This document shows, piece after piece, positions 40,253-51,100 of a stretch of 64,000 bases of DNA. Where the stretch lies: the NCBI GenBank assembly GCA_030698565.1, contig JAUYJS010000008.1, positions 86,513-150,512 of the forward strand. Reading direction: 5' to 3'. Both the position numbers and the translations under genes were made by a program. The notes beneath the pieces were generated by a model. That model was not told where the DNA came from, did not search any database, and saw nothing but the letters and a program-made list of their open reading frames with translations. The DNA comes from Candidatus Shapirobacteria bacterium. GTDB taxonomy: Bacteria > Patescibacteriota > Microgenomatia > UBA12405. Each line of letters starts with the position of its first letter. The stretch's first letter is position 1.

Positions 40253-41091
40253 ATTCTTTAAGACAGGTTTTAAGTGAATATAAATTAAACCATAAAGCTC
40301 TCCCGGCTTTCAATATTGATAGTTTTGAAATTTATCAGGCCATCGAAAAAGCTGTGGCTGATACAAATCTGCCCTGTATTGTTCAATTGTCTGCCGGTGA
40401 AGATAAATTTATTTTAGCCGAAAGACTTTATCTTTTAGTTAAACGGGCTCAAATTGAAGGTCTACCTATTTATTTAAATATGGATCATTCCGAGGACACT
40501 CAAAGGTTGGAACATTTGATTAAATTAGGTTTTGATATGGTTCATTTAGATTTGTCCCTTCAGGATTATCAAACCAATTTAAACACGACCGCTGAATTTA
40601 TCAAAAAAATTCGGGCAATCAATCCGGAAGCCATAATTGAAGCCGAATTTAATCATATTAGTCTGGCTGGTTCCCAAATTGATCCCAAAAGTTATACCAA
40701 TCCCACTCAAGCCAAAGAATTTATAGATCAAACTCAAGCCGATCTTTTGGCAGTTTCAGTTGGTAATGTCCACGGGGTTAACCAAAAAGTTCCCGAAAAA
40801 TTGGACTTAAATTTACTCAAACAAATTCGTCAAAGTCTAGGCGATGCCCAATATTTAACTCTTCATGGTGGCTCGGGTGTTTCCATTGACGATATTACTT
40901 CGGCTATAAATTTGGGTATTGTCAAAATTAATATTAATACCGATTTAAGACTCGGTTTTAAACAATCTTTAAACCAAAACTTAGCTCAAATCCAATCGGA
41001 AAAAATATACGAACTATTAAACCCGGTCGTCGAATATCTGGAAAATATAGTCAAAAGTAAATTATTAAATTTTTCCTCCGCCAATGTTTGA
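40249..41091 (+). CDS. fba: Class II fructose/tagatose-bisphosphate aldolase
   Basis: 'LNMDHSED' and 'LTLHGGSGVS' motifs. Confidence 0.85.
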   Translation: MNSLRQVLSEYKLNHKALPAFNIDSFEIYQAIEKAVADTNLPCIVQLSAGEDKFILAERLYLLVKRAQIEGLPIYLNMDHSEDTQRLEHLIKLGFDMVHLDLSLQDYQTNLNTTAEFIKKIRAINPEAIIEAEFNHISLAGSQIDPKSYTNPTQAKEFIDQTQADLLAVSVGNVHGVNQKVPEKLDLNLLKQIRQSLGDAQYLTLHGGSGVSIDDITSAINLGIVKININTDLRLGFKQSLNQNLAQIQSEKIYELLNPVVEYLENIVKSKLLNFSSANV

Positions 41092-42031
41092 TGTCATTAC
41101 TATTGGCGGCGCGACTGCCGATATTTTTGTTAAATCAGACAGTCTGGTGGTCAAACAAGATAAAGACTTCAATACTGGTCTGTCGATTTCCTTGGCTCAT
41201 TCTTCCAAAAATGAAGTTAGTCAAAGTTTAATCTGTTCTGGTGGGGGAGCCACTAATACTGCAGTATCCTTTTCTCGCTTGGGTTTAAAGCCTACTTGTT
41301 TATCGCTTTTGGGCAATGACCCTTTGGGTGAATATGTGTTTCAGGAATTAGGTAAAAATCGAGTCGATACTAGTTTTCTAATTCATCCCCGGGGTGAAAA
41401 AACCGATTATTCTATTATTCTAGTTGCCCCAGATGGCGGCCGGGCAATTTTGATAAATCGCGGTGAGACTCACCTAGAAGAAAAACATATAACTTGGGAA
41501 AATCTAAACCAAAACAAGTGGTTTTATATTAGTTCTCTTGAGGGCAATATTGATCTTTTGGAAAAATTAATCGGTTTTGCCAAAGAAAATAATATAAAAG
41601 TTGCCCTAAATCCAGGTAATCGAGAACTATCTCAAAAAAATAGACTTCTACCTTTAATTAAACATATTGAATTTTTACTCTTAAATAGGACTGAATCGGA
41701 AGATTTATTGCAGCTAGATATTGATAATTCTAGTTTTTGGACCAAATTAAAATCTCTTGGTGCCAATATTGCAGCGGTAACTAATGGTCGAGAAGGAGCA
41801 CACGTACTTACAGTCGACGGTCAAAATTTATATTCACCCATAATTAATACTACTCCGGTCGATGAAACTGGCGCTGGCGACGCTTTTGGTTCCACTTTTG
41901 TAGCGGCCTTAATTCATCAAAAAACTATTGAGGAATCTCTTTTTTGGGGCATTAAAAATTCAGCTTCAGTGGTTTCATTTATGGGTGCCAAAACCGGATT
42001 ATTAACTTTAGATCAAGTCAATGCTACCTAA
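41084..42031 (+). CDS. PfkB-family sugar kinase (ribokinase/fructokinase-like)
   Basis: 'DETGAGDAFGSTFVAAL' PfkB signature and an N-terminal GG motif. Confidence 0.8.
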   Translation: MFDVITIGGATADIFVKSDSLVVKQDKDFNTGLSISLAHSSKNEVSQSLICSGGGATNTAVSFSRLGLKPTCLSLLGNDPLGEYVFQELGKNRVDTSFLIHPRGEKTDYSIILVAPDGGRAILINRGETHLEEKHITWENLNQNKWFYISSLEGNIDLLEKLIGFAKENNIKVALNPGNRELSQKNRLLPLIKHIEFLLLNRTESEDLLQLDIDNSSFWTKLKSLGANIAAVTNGREGAHVLTVDGQNLYSPIINTTPVDETGAGDAFGSTFVAALIHQKTIEESLFWGIKNSASVVSFMGAKTGLLTLDQVNAT

Positions 42032-42656
42032 ACCCGACAAAACCAAAAAAAAATCAGTCGAACAACTAGATATATTGGACTCGTTATCAATTGAAAAAAA
42101 ACTTCAAAACAAACGCCGGTTTATTTTATTTGTTTTAATATTAACCGTCGGTCTTAGTCTCTGTTTTTGGATTTATACATTTATTAAACGAACTCTATCT
42201 TCACCGCCTACATTAAGTTTGAGTCTTAATTTATCTAGATTCAATCCTCAAATTATCCTTCCCAATAAATTGGATATTAAAAAAGAAATATACGATATTT
42301 TAGGCAACAATGCTAGTAATTGGCTAGTTTTATATCAAACCAATCCCCCCACAGATAATTTTTATTGGCCTGACAATAACACTAACTCCTTTTTTACTGG
42401 AAACACCTCGAAAATTATGAATGATTTAGATAAACTCGAAGTTAATCCGTCGTTAATTACTGACGCACTGCCACCAGGTGCATCGGTTAAGCAGTCAGTT
42501 TTTTCTCAAGACAATATCAATGAATGGCGCTTTTTAATATCAGTTCCTCAAAAGCAAATTTTAATGATGTTTCGCTTTACTGGTTCAGTTGAATCTGCCC
42601 AAAAAATCTTACCCCTGTTAGTCGAAAAGCTTTATTGGTTTTCTTTAAAAAGCTAA
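42021..42656 (+). CDS. Hypothetical membrane-anchored protein
   Basis: N-terminal TM 'FILFVLILTVGLSLCFWIY'. Confidence 0.4.
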   Translation: MLPKPDKTKKKSVEQLDILDSLSIEKKLQNKRRFILFVLILTVGLSLCFWIYTFIKRTLSSPPTLSLSLNLSRFNPQIILPNKLDIKKEIYDILGNNASNWLVLYQTNPPTDNFYWPDNNTNSFFTGNTSKIMNDLDKLEVNPSLITDALPPGASVKQSVFSQDNINEWRFLISVPQKQILMMFRFTGSVESAQKILPLLVEKLYWFSLKS

Positions 42657-42897
42657 AATTAATTTAAAAAATTAGTCTATAATTTTTTTAACTTCCGGTT
42701 TAAAATTATTAAATTTAATCAAAAATTCTAAATAATTTTCTAGTAATTCTTGTGTTACTGCCATTCGTTCAAACTCATAATTCTTATTTTTTAAAATCGG
42801 CCTCATGTTTATGTGTTTTATTTAACAATTAATTAATTAAATAAAACACATAATGTAAGACCGCGCAAGTGCTTGGTACTATTTAGTACAAATTACA

Positions 42898-44949
42898 TTA
42901 ATTCACTATTACTGGTGTTGGCAGAACCGGACAATGAATTGATTTATCAGTATCATTGATAAAATATTCTTCTTTACCACAGACATTGGATTTATGGACC
43001 TCACTGGGTGTAGCCCAATTTTCGTCAGGCTTGCCTTCTAAAATATTTTTCATTATATTTTGCCAAATCGGAGTCGCGCCAGTTACTCCCGAAGCCACCC
43101 AACTCATGGGCGCATTGTTATTATTACCCACCCAAGTCGCCACCAAATAACTTGGTGTCCAACCGATACACCAATTGTCTTTTAGACCATTGGTCGTCCC
43201 GGTTTTCACCGCCACGGTCTTGCCGTCAATTTTTAGCTTAGAATTTAACCCAAAGATAGGGGATCTAGCCTGATTGTCACTTAGAGCGCTATTGATCAAA
43301 AAAGCATAACCTGGTTCAATGACATCTTTTTCGTCAATTTCTTTTTGATAAACTGTTTCTCCCAAATAATTTTCAATTTTTAAAATTGGATTAATTTCTA
43401 CTTTTTTACCTAGATCAGCAAAGATACTATAAGCTTGAGCCAGCTCGATCATTTTAACTTCACCACTTCCAAGCGCCAGCGATAAACCATAACGATTTCT
43501 GTCGGTCCAAGTATTTATCCCCATTTGTTCAGCCAAATCAATCATATTATTGACGCCATTTTCAGCTAAAAGTCTAACCGAGGGAATGTTCAAAGATGAA
43601 GCTAGTGCTGTTTTTAAACTAACTCGACCTAAAAATTTGCCGGTATAATCTCTTGGTGAATAAGGCTTTTGGCCCTTAATATCATAAGTTACTGGACTAT
43701 CGTCAATCATTGATGCCAAAGTCTTGCCGTTTTTTAGAGCCAAAAGATAGTTAATTGGTTTAATAGAAGAACCTGGTTGGCGTAAAGCCGTCACAATATT
43801 GTATTGACCATCAATATCGCTGGCATTGTAATTTTTAGATCCGACCATGGCTAAAACATCACCGTTTTTAGTGTCCAAAACCAAAGAAGCACCATTACTA
43901 ATATTCATACCTTTAATTTTTTCCACCTCATCCTTCACCGCCGCTTCAGCCATCGCTTGAGTATTCAAGTCTAAAGATGTAATGATAGTCAATCCCTGTC
44001 GGCCAAAATTAGTAAATCCATATTGTTTTTCTAATATATTTTTTATATAAAAAATAAAATGGGGCGCCTTCATTTTTCGTTTTTCTTTTAATAAATTTAT
44101 TTTTTCTTTTTCTGCACTTTCACCTTCTTTTTGACTGATAAATCCAGCGTTAATCATTTCCGAAATTACATGCTTTTGTCTTTCAAAGGCAAATTGAGGG
44201 TTATTGCCAAACGGCGAATAAGAACTAGGTGCGGCCGGTAATCCGGCCAAAAACGCCGCTTCACTTATATTTATTTCCCACACATTTTTGCCAAAATATT
44301 TTAGTGAAGCTTCCTCGACTCCATAGGTATCGCCACCATAAGCCACCTGGTTAAAATACTTTTCTAAAATTTCTTTTTTACTTAATTTATTTTCCAAGAC
44401 AATCGCTAAAACAGCTTCTTTTATTTTTCTTTTGAAAGTTTTTTCATTACTAAAAAAAACATTTTTAATTAGCTGTTGGGTAATTGTCGATCCACCCCGT
44501 AATTTATCTGCCCCATTTTTTTTAAAATTATAAAGTGCTGCCTTACTTAAACCTTTTAAAGAAATGCCGTTATGATAGTAAAAATCCTTATCTTCTATGG
44601 CTAAAGTTGCCCAAATTAATGACTGGGGAATCTTATCGATTGGCACCCAAGTTCGGTTCTCCTGATCATAAAATTGATATAGCAAATTGCCGTTTCGATC
44701 AACTATTTTACTGGCCATTCTCGGTGGCAAATATATTTGGTTAATATTGGGCAAATCTACTAGAATTTCTTTGTAAAAAACGACACCGATAATCGAAAAT
44801 ATTATTAAAGGAATACTAGCAATTAAATAACCCCACTTAATTTTCCTAAATAAACGCCACCCACACAATACTAGTAAGTATGCTGGATATCCTATTTCTA
44901 TTAGTATTTTCTTTATTATATTTACTCCAAGTGTCGGTTTAATTAACAA
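42898..44949 (-). CDS. Class A penicillin-binding protein (transglycosylase + transpeptidase), copy 1
   Basis: GT51 'RGGSTITQQL', then 'QPGSSIKP' (SxxK) and 'KTGTTN' (KTG). Confidence 0.9.
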   Translation of the reverse strand: MLIKPTLGVNIIKKILIEIGYPAYLLVLCGWRLFRKIKWGYLIASIPLIIFSIIGVVFYKEILVDLPNINQIYLPPRMASKIVDRNGNLLYQFYDQENRTWVPIDKIPQSLIWATLAIEDKDFYYHNGISLKGLSKAALYNFKKNGADKLRGGSTITQQLIKNVFFSNEKTFKRKIKEAVLAIVLENKLSKKEILEKYFNQVAYGGDTYGVEEASLKYFGKNVWEINISEAAFLAGLPAAPSSYSPFGNNPQFAFERQKHVISEMINAGFISQKEGESAEKEKINLLKEKRKMKAPHFIFYIKNILEKQYGFTNFGRQGLTIITSLDLNTQAMAEAAVKDEVEKIKGMNISNGASLVLDTKNGDVLAMVGSKNYNASDIDGQYNIVTALRQPGSSIKPINYLLALKNGKTLASMIDDSPVTYDIKGQKPYSPRDYTGKFLGRVSLKTALASSLNIPSVRLLAENGVNNMIDLAEQMGINTWTDRNRYGLSLALGSGEVKMIELAQAYSIFADLGKKVEINPILKIENYLGETVYQKEIDEKDVIEPGYAFLINSALSDNQARSPIFGLNSKLKIDGKTVAVKTGTTNGLKDNWCIGWTPSYLVATWVGNNNNAPMSWVASGVTGATPIWQNIMKNILEGKPDENWATPSEVHKSNVCGKEEYFINDTDKSIHCPVLPTPVIVN

Positions 44950-47104
44950 TTACTGCTGGCTGACTTTGACCGTCTGGTTGGGTTCCTACGAGAGGACAGT
45001 CCAGACAAATTGTCACCCCACTAGCGTCTTTGACAACAGTATGTTCTTGCCATTCAGCATTTGGTATATTTTCACCTTGCTGGACTAATCGGCCAGTATC
45101 CTTATTAATTAAAACATTACTTTTAATTGGTTCGCTTTTAATTGGTACAAATTCTTTTTTGAAATATTCGAAATGAGAATCACAACCACTATCTGGTACA
45201 GCCCCACCAGTTAAATTACAGACATTCACCCCTACTACTCCATCTGGTTTTGATGGTTTTCGAATAGTTTGATTTTTCAATATTTGAGTCATTATTTTAT
45301 TCCAAATTGGGGCTGCTCCGGTCACCCCTGAAACCACTCCACCCATTTTAGAATTATCATTGTTGCCCACCCAAACAGCCGCGACAAAATCTGAAGTATA
45401 ACCCATCGTCCAATTATCTCTTAAGTCATTGGTAGTTCCAGTTTTTACTGCCACTTCTGGATGGCCTTTGATATTCAAAAGTGACCCAGCACCAAAAACC
45501 ATACTTCTGGCTCCATCATCAGATAATGTTTGTTGAATTAAATATGAAGTTTCTGCTGATAACACCCTAGAATCAGGAATATATTTATATTCGTCTAATA
45601 TAGCACCGTGGCGATCAGTTACTTTTAATATAGAAACTAAATCTTGTTTTACACCCATATTAGCTAAAACACCATAAGCTTTGGCCATATCGGTCATTAT
45701 GACTTCTCCTCCTCCCAAAGTTAAAGATAATCCATAATTTGACGGATCTTTAAATGTGCTAATTCCCATAGCTGAAGCCGAGGCAACAAAAGTTTCCAAG
45801 CCATTTATCTTTAGAACTTTAACGGCCGGAATATTTAAAGAATTGGCCAGTGAATTTCTTGTTGTTTGTAGACCATGATAGTGATTACCGTAATTTGATG
45901 GACAATAAGGTTTTTGGTTTTCTTGATTAAAGCAAGTTGGATCATCGTCAAAAACCGACGCCAAGGTAATTTTGCCCAATTCCAAAGCGGTAGCATAATT
46001 CAAAGGTTTTATAGAAGAACCTGGCTGTCTAAAAGCCGTGGTTACGTTATATTTACCATCAATATCATCAGCAAAATAATCCTTAGATCCGACCATGGCC
46101 AAAATTTCTCCGGTTTTTGGTTTAGTAATTAATACTGCCCCATTGGTCACATTTGATTTCTTAAGTTTAGCCACTTCAGAAGCCACGGCTGTTTGAGCAA
46201 AATCTTGCAAATCTAAATCTAGTGTCGTCTGAATCTTCAATCCACCCTCATTTACGGCTTTTAGGCCATATTTATCAATTAATTGTTCCTTCACATAAAA
46301 AACAAAATGGGGTGCTTGAATATTGCTTCTATTTAAGTAATATTTGAGCGGTTCTTCATCAGCCTTTTGTTTTTCTTCTTTAGTTATATACCCCAATTCA
46401 TACATTCTATTTAAAACCAACGCTTGTCTTTTTTTGGCTAAATCAGGGTGAGCAAATGGGGAGTATTGAGTGGGTGATCCGGGCAGTCCAGCCAGCAATG
46501 CCGTCTCTGCCAAATCTAAATCAGAAATATTTTTATTAAAAATTCCTTGGGCTGCTGCTTGGACTCCCCACATAGTTCCGCCATAAGGGGTTTGATTAAA
46601 ATACATTTCCAAAATTTGGTCTTTACTATAAAGCACCTCTGTAGCGATCGTTAAAATTGCCTCTTTAACTTTTCGCGTCACGGTTCTTTCAGGGGTTAAC
46701 AGTGCATTTTTAACCAATTGTTGAGTTAAAGTTGAACCACCCTGTAGTCTCTTTTTGATAAGTGTCCGATATAATCCTCTTAAAATTCCTTTCCAGTCAA
46801 AACCACCATGTTTATAAAAATTGGCGTCTTCAATTGCCAACGTAGCTTTCTTCATACTATCTGGAATTTGAGATAAATTAACCGTTACCCTTCTTTTGTC
46901 CGAATAAAATTCGTATAGCAATTTGTCATTTCTATCAAAAATTTGGGACGATTCAGGATATTCATCGGTCACCAGTTTGGTCGGATTAGGTATGTCTCTG
47001 ATAATATATATAGTTCCAATCAAAAACACAGATAAAAACAAGACCAAAAATCGTATTGGCCAGTTTTTTTTAATCCCCGTTTTTTTCTTTTTGCTTTTCT
47101 TCAT
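44939..47104 (-). CDS. Class A penicillin-binding protein, copy 2
   Basis: 'QGGSTLTQQLVKN', 'QPGSSIKP', 'KTGTTND'. Sits in tandem with copy 1. Confidence 0.9.
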   Translation of the reverse strand: MKKSKKKKTGIKKNWPIRFLVLFLSVFLIGTIYIIRDIPNPTKLVTDEYPESSQIFDRNDKLLYEFYSDKRRVTVNLSQIPDSMKKATLAIEDANFYKHGGFDWKGILRGLYRTLIKKRLQGGSTLTQQLVKNALLTPERTVTRKVKEAILTIATEVLYSKDQILEMYFNQTPYGGTMWGVQAAAQGIFNKNISDLDLAETALLAGLPGSPTQYSPFAHPDLAKKRQALVLNRMYELGYITKEEKQKADEEPLKYYLNRSNIQAPHFVFYVKEQLIDKYGLKAVNEGGLKIQTTLDLDLQDFAQTAVASEVAKLKKSNVTNGAVLITKPKTGEILAMVGSKDYFADDIDGKYNVTTAFRQPGSSIKPLNYATALELGKITLASVFDDDPTCFNQENQKPYCPSNYGNHYHGLQTTRNSLANSLNIPAVKVLKINGLETFVASASAMGISTFKDPSNYGLSLTLGGGEVIMTDMAKAYGVLANMGVKQDLVSILKVTDRHGAILDEYKYIPDSRVLSAETSYLIQQTLSDDGARSMVFGAGSLLNIKGHPEVAVKTGTTNDLRDNWTMGYTSDFVAAVWVGNNDNSKMGGVVSGVTGAAPIWNKIMTQILKNQTIRKPSKPDGVVGVNVCNLTGGAVPDSGCDSHFEYFKKEFVPIKSEPIKSNVLINKDTGRLVQQGENIPNAEWQEHTVVKDASGVTICLDCPLVGTQPDGQSQPAVIVN

Positions 47105-47672
47105 TTAATTTATTTAGATCTGTAATTATTTGTTGATACTTTGCTTCATCCAATCCAAATATATTATTAATTGAAGTCATTATTTCTTTATAAGCATTTC
47201 CAGTTTGGAAAATTCGTATCTCCATCTGTTCCTTAAAAATATCTTCTTTTTGATAATTAGCAATCAATTTATCAGCATATTTTAGTTTATCAACTGCTTC
47301 TATACCAGCATTTAATCCAATTTCTAATTGGTCGTTATTAAATAAAGCAATAGCTTCAGCTATTTTTTTGTCTGACAAAAGCAGGGCAATTTGACTTTTT
47401 TTAACCGGTCCGTTACTAAAGGTAAGCCACAAGTAATCCCTTAACCTTTTCAAACCATAAAAAGGACTAGTTGGCAGTGTGTCTACTGGGGGTAATTTAT
47501 AAATGGAATCAATAAAATCCACTGGCACCACGCCGTATTGACCTTGTTGCTTGGCAGCTATCTCCAATCCAGCACGAGACAGAGAAATAAATAGAATCAT
47601 AAAGGCAAAAAACAAGATTAAAGTTGGCAAAACAACACTATTTAAAATATTTCTTTTTATTGGGAAACCCAT
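47070..47672 (-). CDS. Hypothetical membrane protein
   Basis: N-terminal TM segment. Overlaps the PBP start. Confidence 0.4.
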   Translation of the reverse strand: MGFPIKRNILNSVVLPTLILFFAFMILFISLSRAGLEIAAKQQGQYGVVPVDFIDSIYKLPPVDTLPTSPFYGLKRLRDYLWLTFSNGPVKKSQIALLLSDKKIAEAIALFNNDQLEIGLNAGIEAVDKLKYADKLIANYQKEDIFKEQMEIRIFQTGNAYKEIMTSINNIFGLDEAKYQQIITDLNKLNEEKQKEKNGD

Positions 47673-47819
47673 TAGCCTATTTTAGCAAAATAAATCCAAT
47701 CCCGCGCTACGTCTCTACTCACACATGTTTCGTCATTGCAAGAAAACCCGGCAGTAGTTGGGTTGACATGTCAATCTCTATTTATTTACAATCATATATA
47801 AAGTATAAAAATTAAATCA

Positions 47820-48080
47820 ATGGACCAAAATTTAGAAAATTTTAAAACCCAAATTGAAAAACAAATAATTGCTGTTTTGGATTTTCTTTTAACCGACAAT
47901 CAAATTACCACAGAAAGAATTAAGGAAATTTCTTATTTAGTTTTAAATTATTTCGATTCATCCAAAAATTTTACCGAATTAAATTCTCGCTTTAATTTAA
48001 TTTTAAAAAATTATCCGGAACTAGCCAGCCACCTCCAGCAAGCCAAAAATTCCTTAGACGAGTTAGCGGTAAAAGCCTAA
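47820..48080 (+). CDS. Small hypothetical protein of 86 aa
   Basis: Immediately upstream of the 1244-aa gene on the same strand. Confidence 0.35.
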   Translation: MDQNLENFKTQIEKQIIAVLDFLLTDNQITTERIKEISYLVLNYFDSSKNFTELNSRFNLILKNYPELASHLQQAKNSLDELAVKA

Positions 48081-48108
48081 GTATTAGTGTATAAATTAAG
48101 TATAACTT

Positions 48109-51100
48109 ATGGCAGAACCAGGCGGCCCCGAAGGCCCTCAAATTCCAAGATCAGAAACAAATAAACCCTCGGAAACAAGGAGAATTTTTGACGCCCTCAA
48201 AGCCGGAATAACTGGACAAATCCCACCAAAAGAAGTATTTAAGCAAATTCTTAATGTTGCAACCGAAACAAAATTAACCGCACAGAGCTCAGTGTCAGTC
48301 ATAGAAACTGTAGTGTCTGAACCGATAGTTGAACAGGAAAAAGTATTAGATCTCCACGAAGCCAGTGTAAAAAAAATTGATCAGTATTTAGAAGCGATTA
48401 AGGCTGATAAAAGTAGAGAATCTTTTTTGCAAAAAAATCTTGATGAAGTCAATTATGGTAGAGAAAGACTTCGTAAATTAGCTAGTAAGAACCCTATAGA
48501 TCGATTATATCTGGCAAAGGATAGACGAGATGTTATAGCTAAATTAGGTCAGAATGGAATTAATAATCCGGAAGTCTTGGTGGAAATGTTAGAAAGTATT
48601 GGTTCTGATTTACTTTTGGCTTCAAGAGACGTATCTAAAAGGGTTAAAGATGAAAATGGAATGAGGACAAGGATAGGTGAACCAGTGTATGTTGAATATA
48701 CCGACTATCGGGAGCTTGGCAGAAAAATAAATTTGGAAACAGTAATAGAACTCAACAAGGGACTAGGAGACGCCCAGAAGATCGGCGAGGCTATCAGAGT
48801 TGGAGAAATTTTTGGTCTTGCTGGGTATCAACTTGCGGAAAACACTGATCTACTAATAACATTAGGAAAAATTCCCATAACAAGACTAAACGAAATTGTC
48901 GATAAATTAAAAGAATTTTCCTGCATATATCAATTTAATAATTGTAAGACAGTAGAGGCCAAAAAGAAATTCGGAGAGTTGATGACAAGATTTGCTAAGG
49001 ACCCGATCTATTTTCAAGGTATTGTTGATAATCTAAAAGATGCCGAAAGATTGTTTCGGGTTTCAAGATCAATTAATGATCCAATTTTATTGGAAGATCT
49101 AGATAGGGGCAATACTGATTCACAAGTATTGACTGTGATTGGCAACATGTTAACTGAAGATACCAGCGATATAAATCTTGATTTTAGAAGCACAGTTCAT
49201 ACTTTAAAAATTAACCCGGAATCAACTAGAGAAATAATTAAGCTTATCGATTCTGGTTTTACGATTGATAAAGAAACTGCCAGTCAAATGAGTGGATATC
49301 GCTTCAAAGAAAAATTAGCTACCAAGATCAGGACAGCAACAGATATATTAATTTCGGATGAATCGGGAAGTAGACTGGTAAAATACTTAACAGGATTTTT
49401 GGGCATCTCCGATTTTGATGGTTTATTTCATGCAACTGAAATCACTGACAAAATTAAAACTAGACTGGCTGATGGCTCGGCTGACGATTCCCTGGATAAT
49501 ACCGATGTTATATTGTCAGAGATTGTTACCCATCTTAATAATGATAAGGAATTCGCCGATCGGGTCTTTAAGGGTCGGGAAGATTTATTGTTATCTCTAG
49601 CCAAAAAAATGGATCCGGCCAGGCTAGGTGAAGTGATTAAAAGTACTGCTTCTACATTTTCCCCTGAATCAGCGATATTTTGGCAGTTCTTTTCCAAACA
49701 TGGAAATTTTAAGGATTTCTTATTAAATCATTATCAAGATTTCCATAGGTTTTTCACTAAAATCGACAATAAGTTTGTTCCCACTCTTGCATGTGTTAAG
49801 ACAATGATAGCGTCCAATGACAGTAATTGCGTAGATTATTTGCGTGATGAATTTAGTAGTAATCAGAGAATGGAAACACTACCGGTCGAGGAACAAGTAA
49901 CATTGGCAACAACCATAATTCGATCATTAGAATATTACCAAGAGGTCTCAAATCGAGCTTGGCCTGAAAGAGCTGCGCTTCTGAAAAAGTATATGTCAGA
50001 CGGAAAACTAAATCAGCAATTTTTCGAGGATATTGCCTGCAGTAATACTACCTTAGCGATAAATCTCTTAACAGACCACAATCTAAGTCTAATGTCGCTT
50101 GAAGACAGATATTTCTGGTCTATTTTTAAAAAAATTAACCCTAATATTAGAAGAGATTTTTTGGATTTAAAAGAGAACTTTGGTCAGTATGTAGATAACG
50201 ACGGTCATTTAAAAGCAGAGTTGTTTGAAACTTTAGCAAAAAAAGGTAGATTAGAAGCAGTTAATCGGGCATTAGATCTGGAAACAATCAGTAATTTTCC
50301 TGAAGAAAAAAGAAAATATTGGCAACTATTAATTAATTTAAAGTCTGTGCAGGCCAAGGAAGCATTGCTCGGAATTATAGAACCATTATCTCAATATGCA
50401 GAAACAGGTGATACTAAGTTGCTTATTGAACAAGTAAATAGTTTAGGAATTGATGAGGCTGGGTCTCTTGTAGGTAAATCTTTACAACTGGACTTTTTAG
50501 ATATTGATCAAAGATATTTGACGCCGATTGGATTAACCGGTTGGAATACGTATAAAGAATTTTTGGCACAAAAACAAAATGAAGTTGGTCCATTAACTGC
50601 TGTCGATTTTGAAAAAATAATTAGCATTTCTAGAGAAAAAGTGATTAAGAGATTAAAAGCTATAAAAAGTATGGAATTAACAGTACCTGAAGGCTTGAGA
50701 GTGAGTCTGGGAATAGAAATAGAAGTAGTAAAAAATGGGCTAGCGAGAACTGGTAAGATTACAGAAGACGAGATTGTTGAATATAATCAAGCATGTCAGC
50801 AAGCAGGTAAACGGCAAAGCATCTTTGTAGAAGATTTTATTAAAGAAATTGGGCAAAAAATTCAAGATGCTAAGTATTTATATCGGAATCAAACAACATT
50901 AGTTGATGAGATGGATGTTGGCAGAGGTAATGATGCCACCCACGAATTTGCCAATCGCCCGGTACAAAATTATTCATTATTATTATGGGAACTCTCAGAG
51001 CTCCAACATCTTGGATATATTAATTTCGATCGCAAATTTCTTCAACATATCGAAAAGGGGTTACATTTAACTATATCGGCTGAAAGCGGAGGGATAGTTT

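Noticed and set aside
42805-42898. Long AT-rich perfect inverted repeat (TTATGTGTTTTATTTAA...TTAAATAAAACACATAA) as a possible MITE
   Set aside because: It is a single copy between the convergent 3' ends of 42021-42656 and the PBP gene. A bidirectional terminator is the simplest reading.
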